From Ahniella sp. (GTDB lineage: Bacteria > Pseudomonadota > Gammaproteobacteria > Xanthomonadales > Ahniellaceae), in assembly GCA_016712105.1 (NCBI GenBank), contig JADJRU010000027.1, forward strand, positions 1 through 64,000: a stretch of 64,000 nucleotides of DNA, given 5' to 3'. Shown here one piece after another: positions 52,496-61,210 of this stretch. The notes under the pieces were generated by a model. That model saw nothing but the letters and a program-made list of their open reading frames with translations. It was not told the origin of the DNA and made no database searches. A program made the position numbers and the translations under genes. The first letter of the stretch is position 1. Every line of letters starts with the position of its first letter.

Positions 52496-53482
52496 ATGGC
52501 TGTCAGCTTGGCAAGGGTATTGCGAAACCTGCGCAATACGCGTGACTTCCGCGCTGAATTGCTCAACATGGCCGCGGTTCTGGCAGGCAATGAGCAGTCC
52601 GCAGTCATCCAGGTGGAAGACCCGGCAATCAGTCGCGAAACCATCCGGGAAGAATGGAGTCGCTTCATGACCGTCATCCGGCCTGCCATCGCGGATCGTT
52701 TGTCCCTTGAACTCGCTGACCGGACGCCATCGCCAGTCGCGAACATGGGTGTTTCCAGAAGAATCGCTGCAAACAAGTCGCAAACCATTTCCCTGGAGCG
52801 CCCCAACTACCGTGCCGAAGTGCTCCGATTGTTGGTCGGCGCACATCTCGCGAACGACGGCATTTGGTCCGTCAAAAATTTGATCAAAAAAATCGGTGCT
52901 TCGCAGACACCCATACGCCAGGCGTTACAAGACTTGAAGCGCTCGGGTGTGCTTCACAACTGGAGCGGCACCCATGTGGACCTGCTACCCGAAAGTCTTA
53001 CTGCAGAGCTGCTTGCGAAACTTCAGGTCATGCCGCAAATGCTCCGCTTCCGATTTGAACGCGGTGCGCAGATCCGCACACCAGTCGAACTGATGGATCG
53101 TGCCTTGCCGTTGTTGGGGCAAAGCGCCAAAGGGGCTTGGGCCAAGATGGCCCTGTCCGGCACCGCGGTTGCTCAGGCGGAGGTGCCATCGCTCGATCTG
53201 TTCGGTGTGCCGCGCGTCGATCTGGTTGCATTCGTTCCGCGCGATGCCAAGACTTTCGATGCCCAAGCCCTGCGCAAACTCAGCGATGGCCTGGAGTACG
53301 AGCCGAACGTCCTGGCCACCGCGCCGGTTGTTGTCACCCTGGTACGCGCCGATGAGCGTGAAATGCGAACCGCTGTCATGGAAGGTGTTCGTTGCGCTCC
53401 ATCCATGGACGTGTTCCTGTCGCTGATCGATATGAACCTTCGCCAGCAAGCCGCAAAATATGCGAAGGCAGTTCGTCCATGA
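52496..53482 (+). CDS. hypothetical protein with a predicted winged-helix DNA-binding segment; candidate AbiEi-like antitoxin/regulator (alternative start 52745)
   Basis: ..KNLIKKIGASQTPIRQALQDLKRSGVLHNW.. (HTH-like); GAGG RBS before 52496; stop overlaps the downstream ATG (ATGA); lower GC than flanking core genes. Confidence 0.5.
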   Translation: MAVSLARVLRNLRNTRDFRAELLNMAAVLAGNEQSAVIQVEDPAISRETIREEWSRFMTVIRPAIADRLSLELADRTPSPVANMGVSRRIAANKSQTISLERPNYRAEVLRLLVGAHLANDGIWSVKNLIKKIGASQTPIRQALQDLKRSGVLHNWSGTHVDLLPESLTAELLAKLQVMPQMLRFRFERGAQIRTPVELMDRALPLLGQSAKGAWAKMALSGTAVAQAEVPSLDLFGVPRVDLVAFVPRDAKTFDAQALRKLSDGLEYEPNVLATAPVVVTLVRADEREMRTAVMEGVRCAPSMDVFLSLIDMNLRQQAAKYAKAVRP

Positions 53483-54244
53483 CGTCGCTGCAGTTGCTGG
53501 ATGCCAGATCGCTTCTCGGTCATATCGCTGATCGGGTGCCCGCAGAACTCCGCGACAACGTAGTCGTAGTCGTAGTCGTAGTCGGAAGCATTGCGACAGC
53601 TTGGGCGTTTCGCGACGTTTCAGGTCGAGCCACGGTTTCCACAAAAGACATCGATCTTCTGCTTCGGCCAGCCGTCGAAGCCACCACGACAGCCGAGGCG
53701 TTGGCCGAGCAGTTGCTGCTCCGCAATTGGCGACCGATCTATCCCAATGACCGGCGGCCGGGTGCTGCGGAGACTCCCGACGACGAGTTGCCGGCGCTGC
53801 GGCTCAGTCATCCCGGCGACGGCGAGGGCTGGTTTGTCGCGTTGCTCGGCGCGCCACTGCCGGAACAGGTTGAGCGGCGCGCATGGCGACGCTTTGACAC
53901 GTCGGTCGGCGTCTTTGCGCTTCCATGTTTCCGACACATGTCGGTCGCCATCCACGCGGCTGAGCAGACCGAGTTCGGCATACGCTCGGCACGACCGGCT
54001 CGCATGGCCCTGTCGCATCTGCTGTCACTGGCAAGCGGAGTGGCGCGAGACACTGGACGAACTGCATCCGAAGCTGCAAGCGCAGAAGAAGCAGGATGCC
54101 GCCTTAGGGCTGGCCAGTGTTCGCAACGATCTCCTTGAAGCGCATGCCATTGCAGTCCGCGGTGTGCTTGCCCCACACGGCACAACGTTCGATGCCTGGA
54201 ATCGGGCCTATGCCAGCCTGTCAGAATTGATCGAGGCACTCTGA
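53479..54244 (+). CDS. nucleotidyltransferase-fold protein (pol-beta superfamily; candidate AbiEii/DUF1814-like); one apparent frameshift about 54040
   Basis: N-terminal ..DNVVVVVVVVGSIATAWAFRDVSGRATVSTKDIDLLL.. (GS ... DxD NTase signature, resembling AbiEii GG..R.S.DID); the C-terminus continues in ORF 53591..54244. Confidence 0.55.
53570..53593 (+). repeat. (GTAGTC)4 hexanucleotide tandem repeat inside the NTase gene (encodes VVVVVVVV)
   Basis: gtagtcgtagtcgtagtcgtagtc, in frame. Confidence 0.9.
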
Positions 54245-54272
54245 TCGCTTGCCGCTGAGCATTTTGCTGGAA

Positions 54273-54306
54273 CAAAAAAACCGCCCCGGTTCAAAGGGCG
54301 GTTTTC
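54273..54306. terminator. bidirectional rho-independent terminator between the NTase module and tRNA-Val
   Basis: aaaaaaaccgccccggttcaaagggcggttttcc (A-run, GC stem, T-run). Confidence 0.75.
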
Positions 54307-54357
54307 CATACTTCTTCGATACATGCTCAGGCTGAATCACCTAAGTCTTTGTTTTTA

Positions 54358-54432
54358 TGGTGGGCGGTACAGGATTTGAACCTGTGACCCCTGCCGTGTG
54401 AAAGCAGTGCTCTACCGCTGAGCTAACCGCCC
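54358..54432 (-). tRNA. tRNA-Val (anticodon CAC)
   Basis: Minus strand GGGCGGTTAGCTCAGCGGTAGAGCACTGCTTTCACACGGCAGGGGTCACAGGTTCAAATCCTGTACCGCCCACCA; full cloverleaf, 7-bp acceptor stem, encoded CCA. Confidence 0.9.
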
Positions 54433-54597
54433 ATTGAATGGGTCGAGCATTTTAGTCAGACCGCCCACTGCGGTCAACCGGTCTGAATTTTCGGCAACGT
54501 TCAGCCTCTGGAAAGCAATTGTTGGCCGGCGATTCAGGCATTCGCCCTAAACTTGATCCCGCTGCATGAGCAGTATGCCGGTTCCGCGGGAGTGATC

Positions 54598-55134
54598 ATG
54601 AAAGTTCTGGGTGTGATGATGGGTCTGGTGGTCGCTGCCGTGGCTGCGTTTGCGCCGCCGGTGCAGGCGGGTCGTGATGGCTACATCGTGCGTTGCGAGT
54701 CGGTGGGCTACCGCGACAATTACTGCCCGATCGATACGCGCGGCGGTGTGTACGTGGAACGTAATCTCGGTCGGACCGCCTGTATTGAAGGCGACAACTG
54801 GGGTTATGACCGCAACGGTATCTGGGTGTCCGATGGTTGCCGCGCTGATTTTGCCGTGCCTCAGGGGTACAGCAATGGCCGCGGTTGGGAGTATGGACAG
54901 GGCCGTGGCCGGCCGTATCGCGACGACTACAACCAGCATTCGGGCCGTGGCCAGCGCGTGATTTGTGAGTCGCACCGGGACCGTTACGCATACTGCGGTA
55001 TCGGCGGCATCCGCAATGCCGAACTGGTTCGCCAGTACAGCAGCAGTTCGTGCGTCTATCGCCGCAGCTGGGGCTTTGATCGCGGCGGTGTGTGGGTGTC
55101 GCAGGGCTGCCGCGCCGAATTTCTGGTTTACTGA
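54598..55134 (+). CDS. secreted DUF3011-family protein (two Cys-rich repeats)
   Basis: Signal peptide; repeats VRCESVGYRDNYCP..WGYDRNGIWVSDGCRADF and VICESHRDRYAYCG..WGFDRGGVWVSQGCRAEF; GGGAG RBS. Confidence 0.7.
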   Translation: MKVLGVMMGLVVAAVAAFAPPVQAGRDGYIVRCESVGYRDNYCPIDTRGGVYVERNLGRTACIEGDNWGYDRNGIWVSDGCRADFAVPQGYSNGRGWEYGQGRGRPYRDDYNQHSGRGQRVICESHRDRYAYCGIGGIRNAELVRQYSSSSCVYRRSWGFDRGGVWVSQGCRAEFLVY

Positions 55135-55228
55135 TCTGCATGTCTTGAACGCCCCGGGCCTGCAAGGGCCCGGGGTTTTGTGCGGAGAGAATCCCGCTTT
55201 TGCTCGACCCTTCTGAAAGGAATCAACC

Positions 55229-55438
55229 ATGGGCAAGTTCTTGCTGTTCCTGATCCTGTTGGTGCTGTGCTGGCCGCTGGCCTTGCTGGCGTTGGTGCTC
55301 TACCCGCTGGTCTGGTTGTTCCTGTTGCCGTTCAAGCTCGTCGGCATCGCCGTGGAAGGCGTGTTCGAATTGCTGCGCGCCATCATCCTGCTGCCGGCGC
55401 GTGTGCTGAGTGGCAAATCGGTGATGACCGGCAAGTAG
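55229..55438 (+). CDS. small hydrophobic membrane protein (69 aa)
   Basis: AAAGGAA RBS before ATG; two predicted TM helices; followed by a hairpin. Confidence 0.45.
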   Translation: MGKFLLFLILLVLCWPLALLALVLYPLVWLFLLPFKLVGIAVEGVFELLRAIILLPARVLSGKSVMTGK

Positions 55439-55444
55439 ACGTTC

Positions 55445-55690
55445 TGATTTCCCCGATCGGTGTGCGGATTGGCGCACCGATCGGGTTTCCGTGTCGCTGC
55501 GCTTCTCGCAATGACAGCCTTGGAACCTCGTGTCGTCATTGCGAGGCCCGCCTGCGGGCCGCGGCAATCTCAGTCTGGCGAACAAGCCTGAGGCAAGCAC
55601 GAGATTGCCGCGTCGCTGCGCTCCTCGCAATGACAGCTGAAGAGCGCGGAGTCGTCAGTGCGAGGTCCGCGTGCGGTTCAGGCGTTATCC
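55445..55690. repeat. cluster of hairpins: terminator-like palindrome, then two copies of an about 68-nt hairpin repeat separated by a long palindrome
   Basis: ccgatcggtgtgcggattggcgcaccgatcgg; gtcgctgcgcttctcgcaatgacagc..gtcgtcattgcgagg at 55489 and 55607; ggcaatctcagtctggcgaacaagcctgaggcaagcacgagattgcc. Confidence 0.6.
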
Positions 55691-55721
55691 TGCGTTTGGT
55701 TGTTCAGGCAGGAGCATTCCC

Positions 55722-56831
55722 ATGGCACACAAATCCGAAGTTCGATCTGACGGTCATTTCCTGGCTGGGCTGCTTCTTGTCATCGTGGCGGCACCTGCAA
55801 TGGCCTTGCCCTTGCCTGGATTCCCGCCCGGCGCGGTCTGGAACCAGGATGTCAGTGCCGCGGCCTTACATCCCAACTCGGCGTCGATGATCTCGACCCT
55901 GAACGGTCTCGGTGGCGCCAACTGCGGATTCGGCTTCTGCCGGATGCAGATCGATTTTTCCAATCACGTTGTTCATGCGCCGCCGGGTACGGCGACGCTG
56001 CCGATCGCCGATCATGCCAGTTACGGTTACTACAGCCCGGATTGTGATGCGACCGGTGCGGTGCCGGTGCCGGCGAACGGCGCCATCGAAGGCACCACCG
56101 GTTACGACTGCGACAACGACAACGACGACTGTCACTTGCTCGTTGTGCAGGGCTCGATGTTGTACGAGCTGTATTCAACCGACCGGAACGATACGCAGAC
56201 GGCCCTGAATACCTTGTGCCTGGCGACGTGGCGACTGGATGTGGTGTATCCGCCCGAAGGGCGTGGCGACCATTGCACCAGCGCCGATGCGGCCGGTTTT
56301 CCGATGGCGCCGCTGTTGTTCAACGCCGACGAGGTTGCGGCCGCGATCCCAGTCAGCGGCGACCTTGGACACGCCATTCGCTTCATCCTGCCGAATGATC
56401 GGATGGCCAGTGATGTCTCGCTTGGCGGTGTCTCTGGTCGGCTGTATGTGCGTCCGGCAACCCATGCGGGCGCACCATCAGGACCGGTCGGAAGTATGCC
56501 GTATGGTTCACGCCTGCGATTGCGCGCCGATTTTCCGCTGACCAATTACAGCGCCGGTGCGCAAGTCATTCTGCGGACGCTGAAGAAATACGGCATGGTG
56601 CTGGCCGATGGTGGCAACATCGCGCTGACTGCCGAAAGTGATCGGTACACCACGAATACCTGGGCTTCGGTCGGCGTCAACTCCCGCACATTCGACCTGA
56701 CCGCCGGTGCAACCAAAGTGCAGGTCAGCGATTTCCAGATCATCGATACCGGTCCACGGATTGCCGAAACCTATGACTGCGTGCCGACCGTGTTGCCGAC
56801 CGGATTGTTGTTCGCGAACGGATTCGAATAA
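55722..56831 (+). CDS. secreted protein of unknown function (about 370 aa)
   Basis: Signal peptide MAHKSEVRSDGHFLAGLLLVIVAAPAMA; AGGAGC RBS; no recognisable family. Confidence 0.6.
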   Translation: MAHKSEVRSDGHFLAGLLLVIVAAPAMALPLPGFPPGAVWNQDVSAAALHPNSASMISTLNGLGGANCGFGFCRMQIDFSNHVVHAPPGTATLPIADHASYGYYSPDCDATGAVPVPANGAIEGTTGYDCDNDNDDCHLLVVQGSMLYELYSTDRNDTQTALNTLCLATWRLDVVYPPEGRGDHCTSADAAGFPMAPLLFNADEVAAAIPVSGDLGHAIRFILPNDRMASDVSLGGVSGRLYVRPATHAGAPSGPVGSMPYGSRLRLRADFPLTNYSAGAQVILRTLKKYGMVLADGGNIALTAESDRYTTNTWASVGVNSRTFDLTAGATKVQVSDFQIIDTGPRIAETYDCVPTVLPTGLLFANGFE

Positions 56832-56905
56832 GCCCAGCTGTTGACGATGAGGCGTATGGCAAGCAGCTGGGCTTCGCTTGCGCTCAGCCCAGCCTACGGC
56901 CCGCC

Positions 56906-59900
56906 TTACGGTTGATAGGGCGGGGTGATCAGGATCATCGGCGACGACGACCGGTTCCAGGTACCGCTGATGTCGGCCGGGAACGTGAGGTTGCTGTTGA
57001 AGGTGGCACTGCTTGATGAACTGAAGGACATGCCCATCGTGCCGGTTTGTTTGGTGGTGTTGCCGAAGTCCGCGAAGTTGGGGCAGACCGGGCAGTGGGT
57101 GTACGCGAGGCTTGCGTTGATGGGCGCCCCACCGGCCAGGTTGATCGAGGATGCAGTCATCCAGCGCGGTTCGCCATCGGCATCAAACAGGAAGGCGAGC
57201 AAGCCGCGAATGGACTGGCCGTTGGCACTGAAGTCAGTCACGGTTGCGCCCCAGCCACTTTCATTGGGATTGAACCAGCCGCCGCTGCGATTGGTGTCGC
57301 CGACGAATCCGGTTTCATTGACGAAGCGCAGCTGTTTCTCGCCGACCATCGTGCCATTGAGGTTCCAGAAGAATGCGTATTCGTTGGAGTCATCGAGGTA
57401 GGTGACCCAGCCTTTGCCGACGCTGCTGCGACTCACGGCAAACGGCGCGGTGCCGGTCTGTCGAGTTTCGGTGAGGTCGGTTTCAACCTGTGTGCGCAAG
57501 CTGTTCCAGTTGCCGCCTTGCGTGTACCAGTAAGGCGAACGGTCGGCCTTTGCGGTGTACCAGATCGAGGCGAACTGGGTATCGGCGTCACGGGGAATGT
57601 TGAACGCCGCCGTGCCGCTGCCGAGTCGATTGAGGTTCTGGTACAGGCCGGATTTCGGCAGGGTCACTGCCGGTGCGGTCAGACCGCAAGCGCTGATGTT
57701 GCAACTGCCGCCGCCGCCGACCGTCGTCGACAGGATGTTCTTGCTGCGTGCCGAGAACGACTTGTCGTCGACCATGCCGAGGTAACTGGCGGACAGACTG
57801 CTACCGCACTGGGCCGTAGTCGGAACCTGCACGGGGATCGTGGCGTTGACGCTGCCACCCGAAGCCAGTGCGTTGGCGCGCACGAAAGGCCGGCCATTGA
57901 TGGCGAGTGCGGTCGGTGTGCTGGCGCCTGGCTGGGCGGTTGGATGGAAGAAACAGACCGAACGACTGGCCGGTGCCGAAGCCGTGTTGCAGGCATATTC
58001 GTTGCGCACGCTCTGGTTGTAGTCCTGGATACCGATCGTGGCCGACGCGCCGTTGCCGGGCAGTGCCGTGACGTACTGGTAGACGATCTCGTAACTCTGG
58101 TCGTACAGGATTGCCTGCACCACGGCATTACCATCGACCGTGGTCGAGTTCACGTATCGACCGACGTTGTTCCATTCGAACACGGTGCAACCCTGATTGG
58201 CCGCACCGGCATCGGAGGGCCGAGGGCACGTAGAGAAGTAGGCGCGACGCAGACTGCCGCCGGACTGAACCACGAGATCGTCGTGCAGCACCTGCAGGTA
58301 GCCATTTTCTGGACCAGTCGGATAGATGCCACAGGAATTCTGGAACTCGCCGCCGCCATCATCCTGCGCGGTCGCCAGATAGCCGTTTGTCGACATCAGG
58401 ATGCTGGAGAGGTTGCGTCCGTAATAGTTGAAAGGCGTTGGGCCCAACTGCAGGTTCGCTGCGGCGCCGTCATCGAGTGCATTGCCATTGCCGGCGGGAA
58501 CCAATGTCAGGTTCTGGGCGGCAGCCATATTGATCGCCTGGAACCGGCACACCTGGCTGGTGCTGTCGGCACGGGTGTAGCCGAAGGAATCTGCCGTGCC
58601 TGCCAGGCCACTGCCGCCGCCACCGGATACGGAGCCCGGCGCAAACACGAACACGCCGTTGTCGACGCCGTTGCCGCCTGAATTGCTGATCGACACCGGG
58701 ATGTTCCAGCGTTCGCCTGGTTCCATCACTGCATCGTTGTCGCCACAGGTCTGGACCGGCGCACTTTCGGTGACCACGATGTCGGGCGCGCTGACATTGA
58801 TCGCGCGGGTGGCCTGGAACGAGCAGCTGCCGGCGTCGGTGACCGTGGCCTTGACCGTGGTCGACGTGGCGCGCACATATCGGGGCGACAGTGTCGTCGA
58901 ACTGCCGACGCCCGTCGTCGTGCGGTCGATGACTCCGTCGTCGTCGACATCCCAGGCGACTTGATAGGGGCCGGTGCCGCCGGAAATCGTCAGCGTGAAG
59001 TCAATCGGCGTATCGACGCTTGGGTTTGCGGAGCTGGCGGTCAGCGTGGCGGTGACGTTACATGCGGGGCCGGAGTCGAGTCCGTCGAGCGTGGTGACGC
59101 CCGAACTGACCGGATCGAGATGATCGCGCATGCGCGTGGCCGAAGTGCCGAGACCGTCCCAGGCGTGGGCGAGTTTGCCGTAGTCGTCGAACATGCTTGG
59201 GATCGCCACATCGCACGCCGAGAATCCGCCGGACAAGACACCGACCAGCCGATGGTCTGAGTTGTACAGAGGCGATCCGGAAGAACCACCTTCCGTCACA
59301 CTGGTTGGCAGGACTCCTGTACCAGTGATGTTGGGCAGAATGGGCGGTGTGAGGTCCCAGTTGATACGCCAATGCATGTTTTGAACTTGGCCGCCGATGT
59401 AGTTGGCTGTGAAGGCGTTGGTATCGCCGAACGTGATCCGTTTCTCGTCGCCCGAAGGGTGGTGAATGGTTGCGCACAGTCCGATCGTTGAGGAAGTCGA
59501 ACTCGGCACCGAACAAGTCGGTGCGATGTCGCGCCTATCCCAGCCGCCCCAGAACAGGTTAAAAGCAGGGTTCGCTGGATCGTCCAGTTCAAGTAAAGTC
59601 CAATCACTCTTGGTCGTCGGACTCGCAAAGTTATTCACGATCGAAGGAGTTGCCGCCAGAAAAATAGCACCAGTCTGGAACTGGTTTTCTGGTCCGACAC
59701 CGATTTGTCCGCTGGCAGTCGAACCGGGCCGACGGCAAGTGGGCGATTCAAAATTCCAGAAGGCAACCAGCGAAGCCGCGTTCCCGGCGGTGATTTCGCA
59801 ATGCGATGCGGTGGCAAGCAACATGCGCCGATTATTGGCGGAATTATTGACTAACGATGCCGAACAGATGCGGTTTCCCGATGTGCCGATCGACGCAACC

Positions 59901-60526
59901 GCCCGCCGCTCTCGATTCCAGGTGTCACTGCTGCCGAGACAAGCCACATCGGTGTTGCAGGTGCCGGACTTGCAGACTTTCCCCGGAAACGAAAAGCCAC
60001 GATAACCCTGATTGATGCGCGTCAGGTCCAGTTCGACGAGTCGATACACATCTGCCGGTGCGGTAACGCTGAGCGTCACAGCCTGTGCACTGACCGGTGG
60101 CGTCCACAACTCGCGATGGGATTCGTTGTCGGCCGACGTGAACGGACGGATTTTTTCGGTGCCGTCGCTGGCCTCGACGCGGAGTTCGGCGCCTTCCGGC
60201 AGCCAGTAGCGCGTAAAGCCGAAGTTGAGATGAGCCGCCCCGGGGGCTTTGACCTCGTAGGTCCAGCGCATGTTGCCGTCGCGCTGCCGGATCCACTTGC
60301 CATGGGTCTGCGGCGTAATCGACACCTCGAACGGCACCGCGTAACGCCAGCCACCCGGGTTGCCCTTGGCGTCGGCCGCTGCGTCTTCGGCCAATGTCTT
60401 GGCCATGTCGAGTTCCGGAACCGTGGTTTCGGTGGTGCCCGCCGCAAGCGTGGAGACTTTGTCTTCCATGGCGTGGGCGCTGCCAGCTAGGCAAAGTGCG
60501 GTCAGGAGCAGGGTCAATCTGGACAT
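56906..60526 (-). CDS. secreted multidomain serine protease: lysyl-endopeptidase-like (trypsin-fold S1) domain plus PKD domain plus long C-terminal region (1206 aa)
   Basis: Signal peptide MSRLTLLLTALCLAGSAHA; His motif LLATASHCE; Ser motif TEGGSSGSPLY; PKD-like PIDFTLTISGGTGPYQVAWDVDDDGVIDRTTTG. Confidence 0.7.
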   Translation of the reverse strand: MSRLTLLLTALCLAGSAHAMEDKVSTLAAGTTETTVPELDMAKTLAEDAAADAKGNPGGWRYAVPFEVSITPQTHGKWIRQRDGNMRWTYEVKAPGAAHLNFGFTRYWLPEGAELRVEASDGTEKIRPFTSADNESHRELWTPPVSAQAVTLSVTAPADVYRLVELDLTRINQGYRGFSFPGKVCKSGTCNTDVACLGSSDTWNRERRAVASIGTSGNRICSASLVNNSANNRRMLLATASHCEITAGNAASLVAFWNFESPTCRRPGSTASGQIGVGPENQFQTGAIFLAATPSIVNNFASPTTKSDWTLLELDDPANPAFNLFWGGWDRRDIAPTCSVPSSTSSTIGLCATIHHPSGDEKRITFGDTNAFTANYIGGQVQNMHWRINWDLTPPILPNITGTGVLPTSVTEGGSSGSPLYNSDHRLVGVLSGGFSACDVAIPSMFDDYGKLAHAWDGLGTSATRMRDHLDPVSSGVTTLDGLDSGPACNVTATLTASSANPSVDTPIDFTLTISGGTGPYQVAWDVDDDGVIDRTTTGVGSSTTLSPRYVRATSTTVKATVTDAGSCSFQATRAINVSAPDIVVTESAPVQTCGDNDAVMEPGERWNIPVSISNSGGNGVDNGVFVFAPGSVSGGGGSGLAGTADSFGYTRADSTSQVCRFQAINMAAAQNLTLVPAGNGNALDDGAAANLQLGPTPFNYYGRNLSSILMSTNGYLATAQDDGGGEFQNSCGIYPTGPENGYLQVLHDDLVVQSGGSLRRAYFSTCPRPSDAGAANQGCTVFEWNNVGRYVNSTTVDGNAVVQAILYDQSYEIVYQYVTALPGNGASATIGIQDYNQSVRNEYACNTASAPASRSVCFFHPTAQPGASTPTALAINGRPFVRANALASGGSVNATIPVQVPTTAQCGSSLSASYLGMVDDKSFSARSKNILSTTVGGGGSCNISACGLTAPAVTLPKSGLYQNLNRLGSGTAAFNIPRDADTQFASIWYTAKADRSPYWYTQGGNWNSLRTQVETDLTETRQTGTAPFAVSRSSVGKGWVTYLDDSNEYAFFWNLNGTMVGEKQLRFVNETGFVGDTNRSGGWFNPNESGWGATVTDFSANGQSIRGLLAFLFDADGEPRWMTASSINLAGGAPINASLAYTHCPVCPNFADFGNTTKQTGTMGMSFSSSSSATFNSNLTFPADISGTWNRSSSPMILITPPYQP

Positions 60527-60671
60527 GGGAAATCCTCGTGATTCAAGCGCTGAGCATACTGCCAGCGGTTACCTGAGTTTGCGGGATGGGTCGTGGTTCG
60601 GATGTTAGGACTGAAACGCCGAAGGTCGCCAATACGCATACACGATTCACCCCGATTCGTCTGTTCGCTCG

Positions 60672-61121
60672 TTGGAGCCCATGACCGCCCCGGTCAGCCA
60701 ATGTCAGGAGCCGCCCACGAGCTTTTCCCGTCCGTCGTCCCGTTCGTCCGATATCTCCGGCATCAACGTCACGCCGCTGATCGATGTGATGTTGTGCCTG
60801 CTGGTGATCTTCCTGATTTCCGCGCCGGTGCTCGCTGAACGGGTGCCTCTGGACCTGCCGCAGCGTTGTCCGGGTTGTCCGACGCCCACTCGCCCCGACC
60901 CTTTGGCGGTGAGCATCAACGGAGCGGGCCAGGTTCGGATCGACGGACAGGTCTTGCCTCCGTCGGCGCTCGAAGCCGAGTTCCAGTTGGCACTGCGGCG
61001 CCAGCCAGGGCAGGGGATCCTGATTTCGATCGCACCCAGCGCGCCCTACGATGCATTGGTGCAGGTGTTGGGGAGTGCCCATAACAGCGGGATCCGCAGC
61101 ATTTCGTTTGCCGGCAATTGA
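60672..61121 (+). CDS. exbD: ExbD/TolR-family biopolymer transport protein
   Basis: INVTPLIDVMLCLLVIFLISAPVL (ExbD/TolR TM signature); no exbB/tolQ or tonB adjacent. Confidence 0.65.
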   Translation: MEPMTAPVSQCQEPPTSFSRPSSRSSDISGINVTPLIDVMLCLLVIFLISAPVLAERVPLDLPQRCPGCPTPTRPDPLAVSINGAGQVRIDGQVLPPSALEAEFQLALRRQPGQGILISIAPSAPYDALVQVLGSAHNSGIRSISFAGN

Positions 61122-61210
61122 CGAGCCGGTGACGTGGCCCGCCAAACCGCTTGATCGCGGCGCACTTTGCCCGGATGATCGGACCAACCTCCATAGTGCG
61201 GGAAGAAGTC

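Noticed and set aside
55486-55690. Possible CRISPR array
   Set aside because: Only two copies of a 29-nt core with about 87-nt spacing, embedded in larger palindromes; no cas genes; better explained as REP-like hairpin repeats or a structured UTR.
57047-58681. 544-aa plus-strand ORF
   Set aside because: Antisense to the large secreted protease gene, whose frame carries clear S1-protease and PKD motifs.
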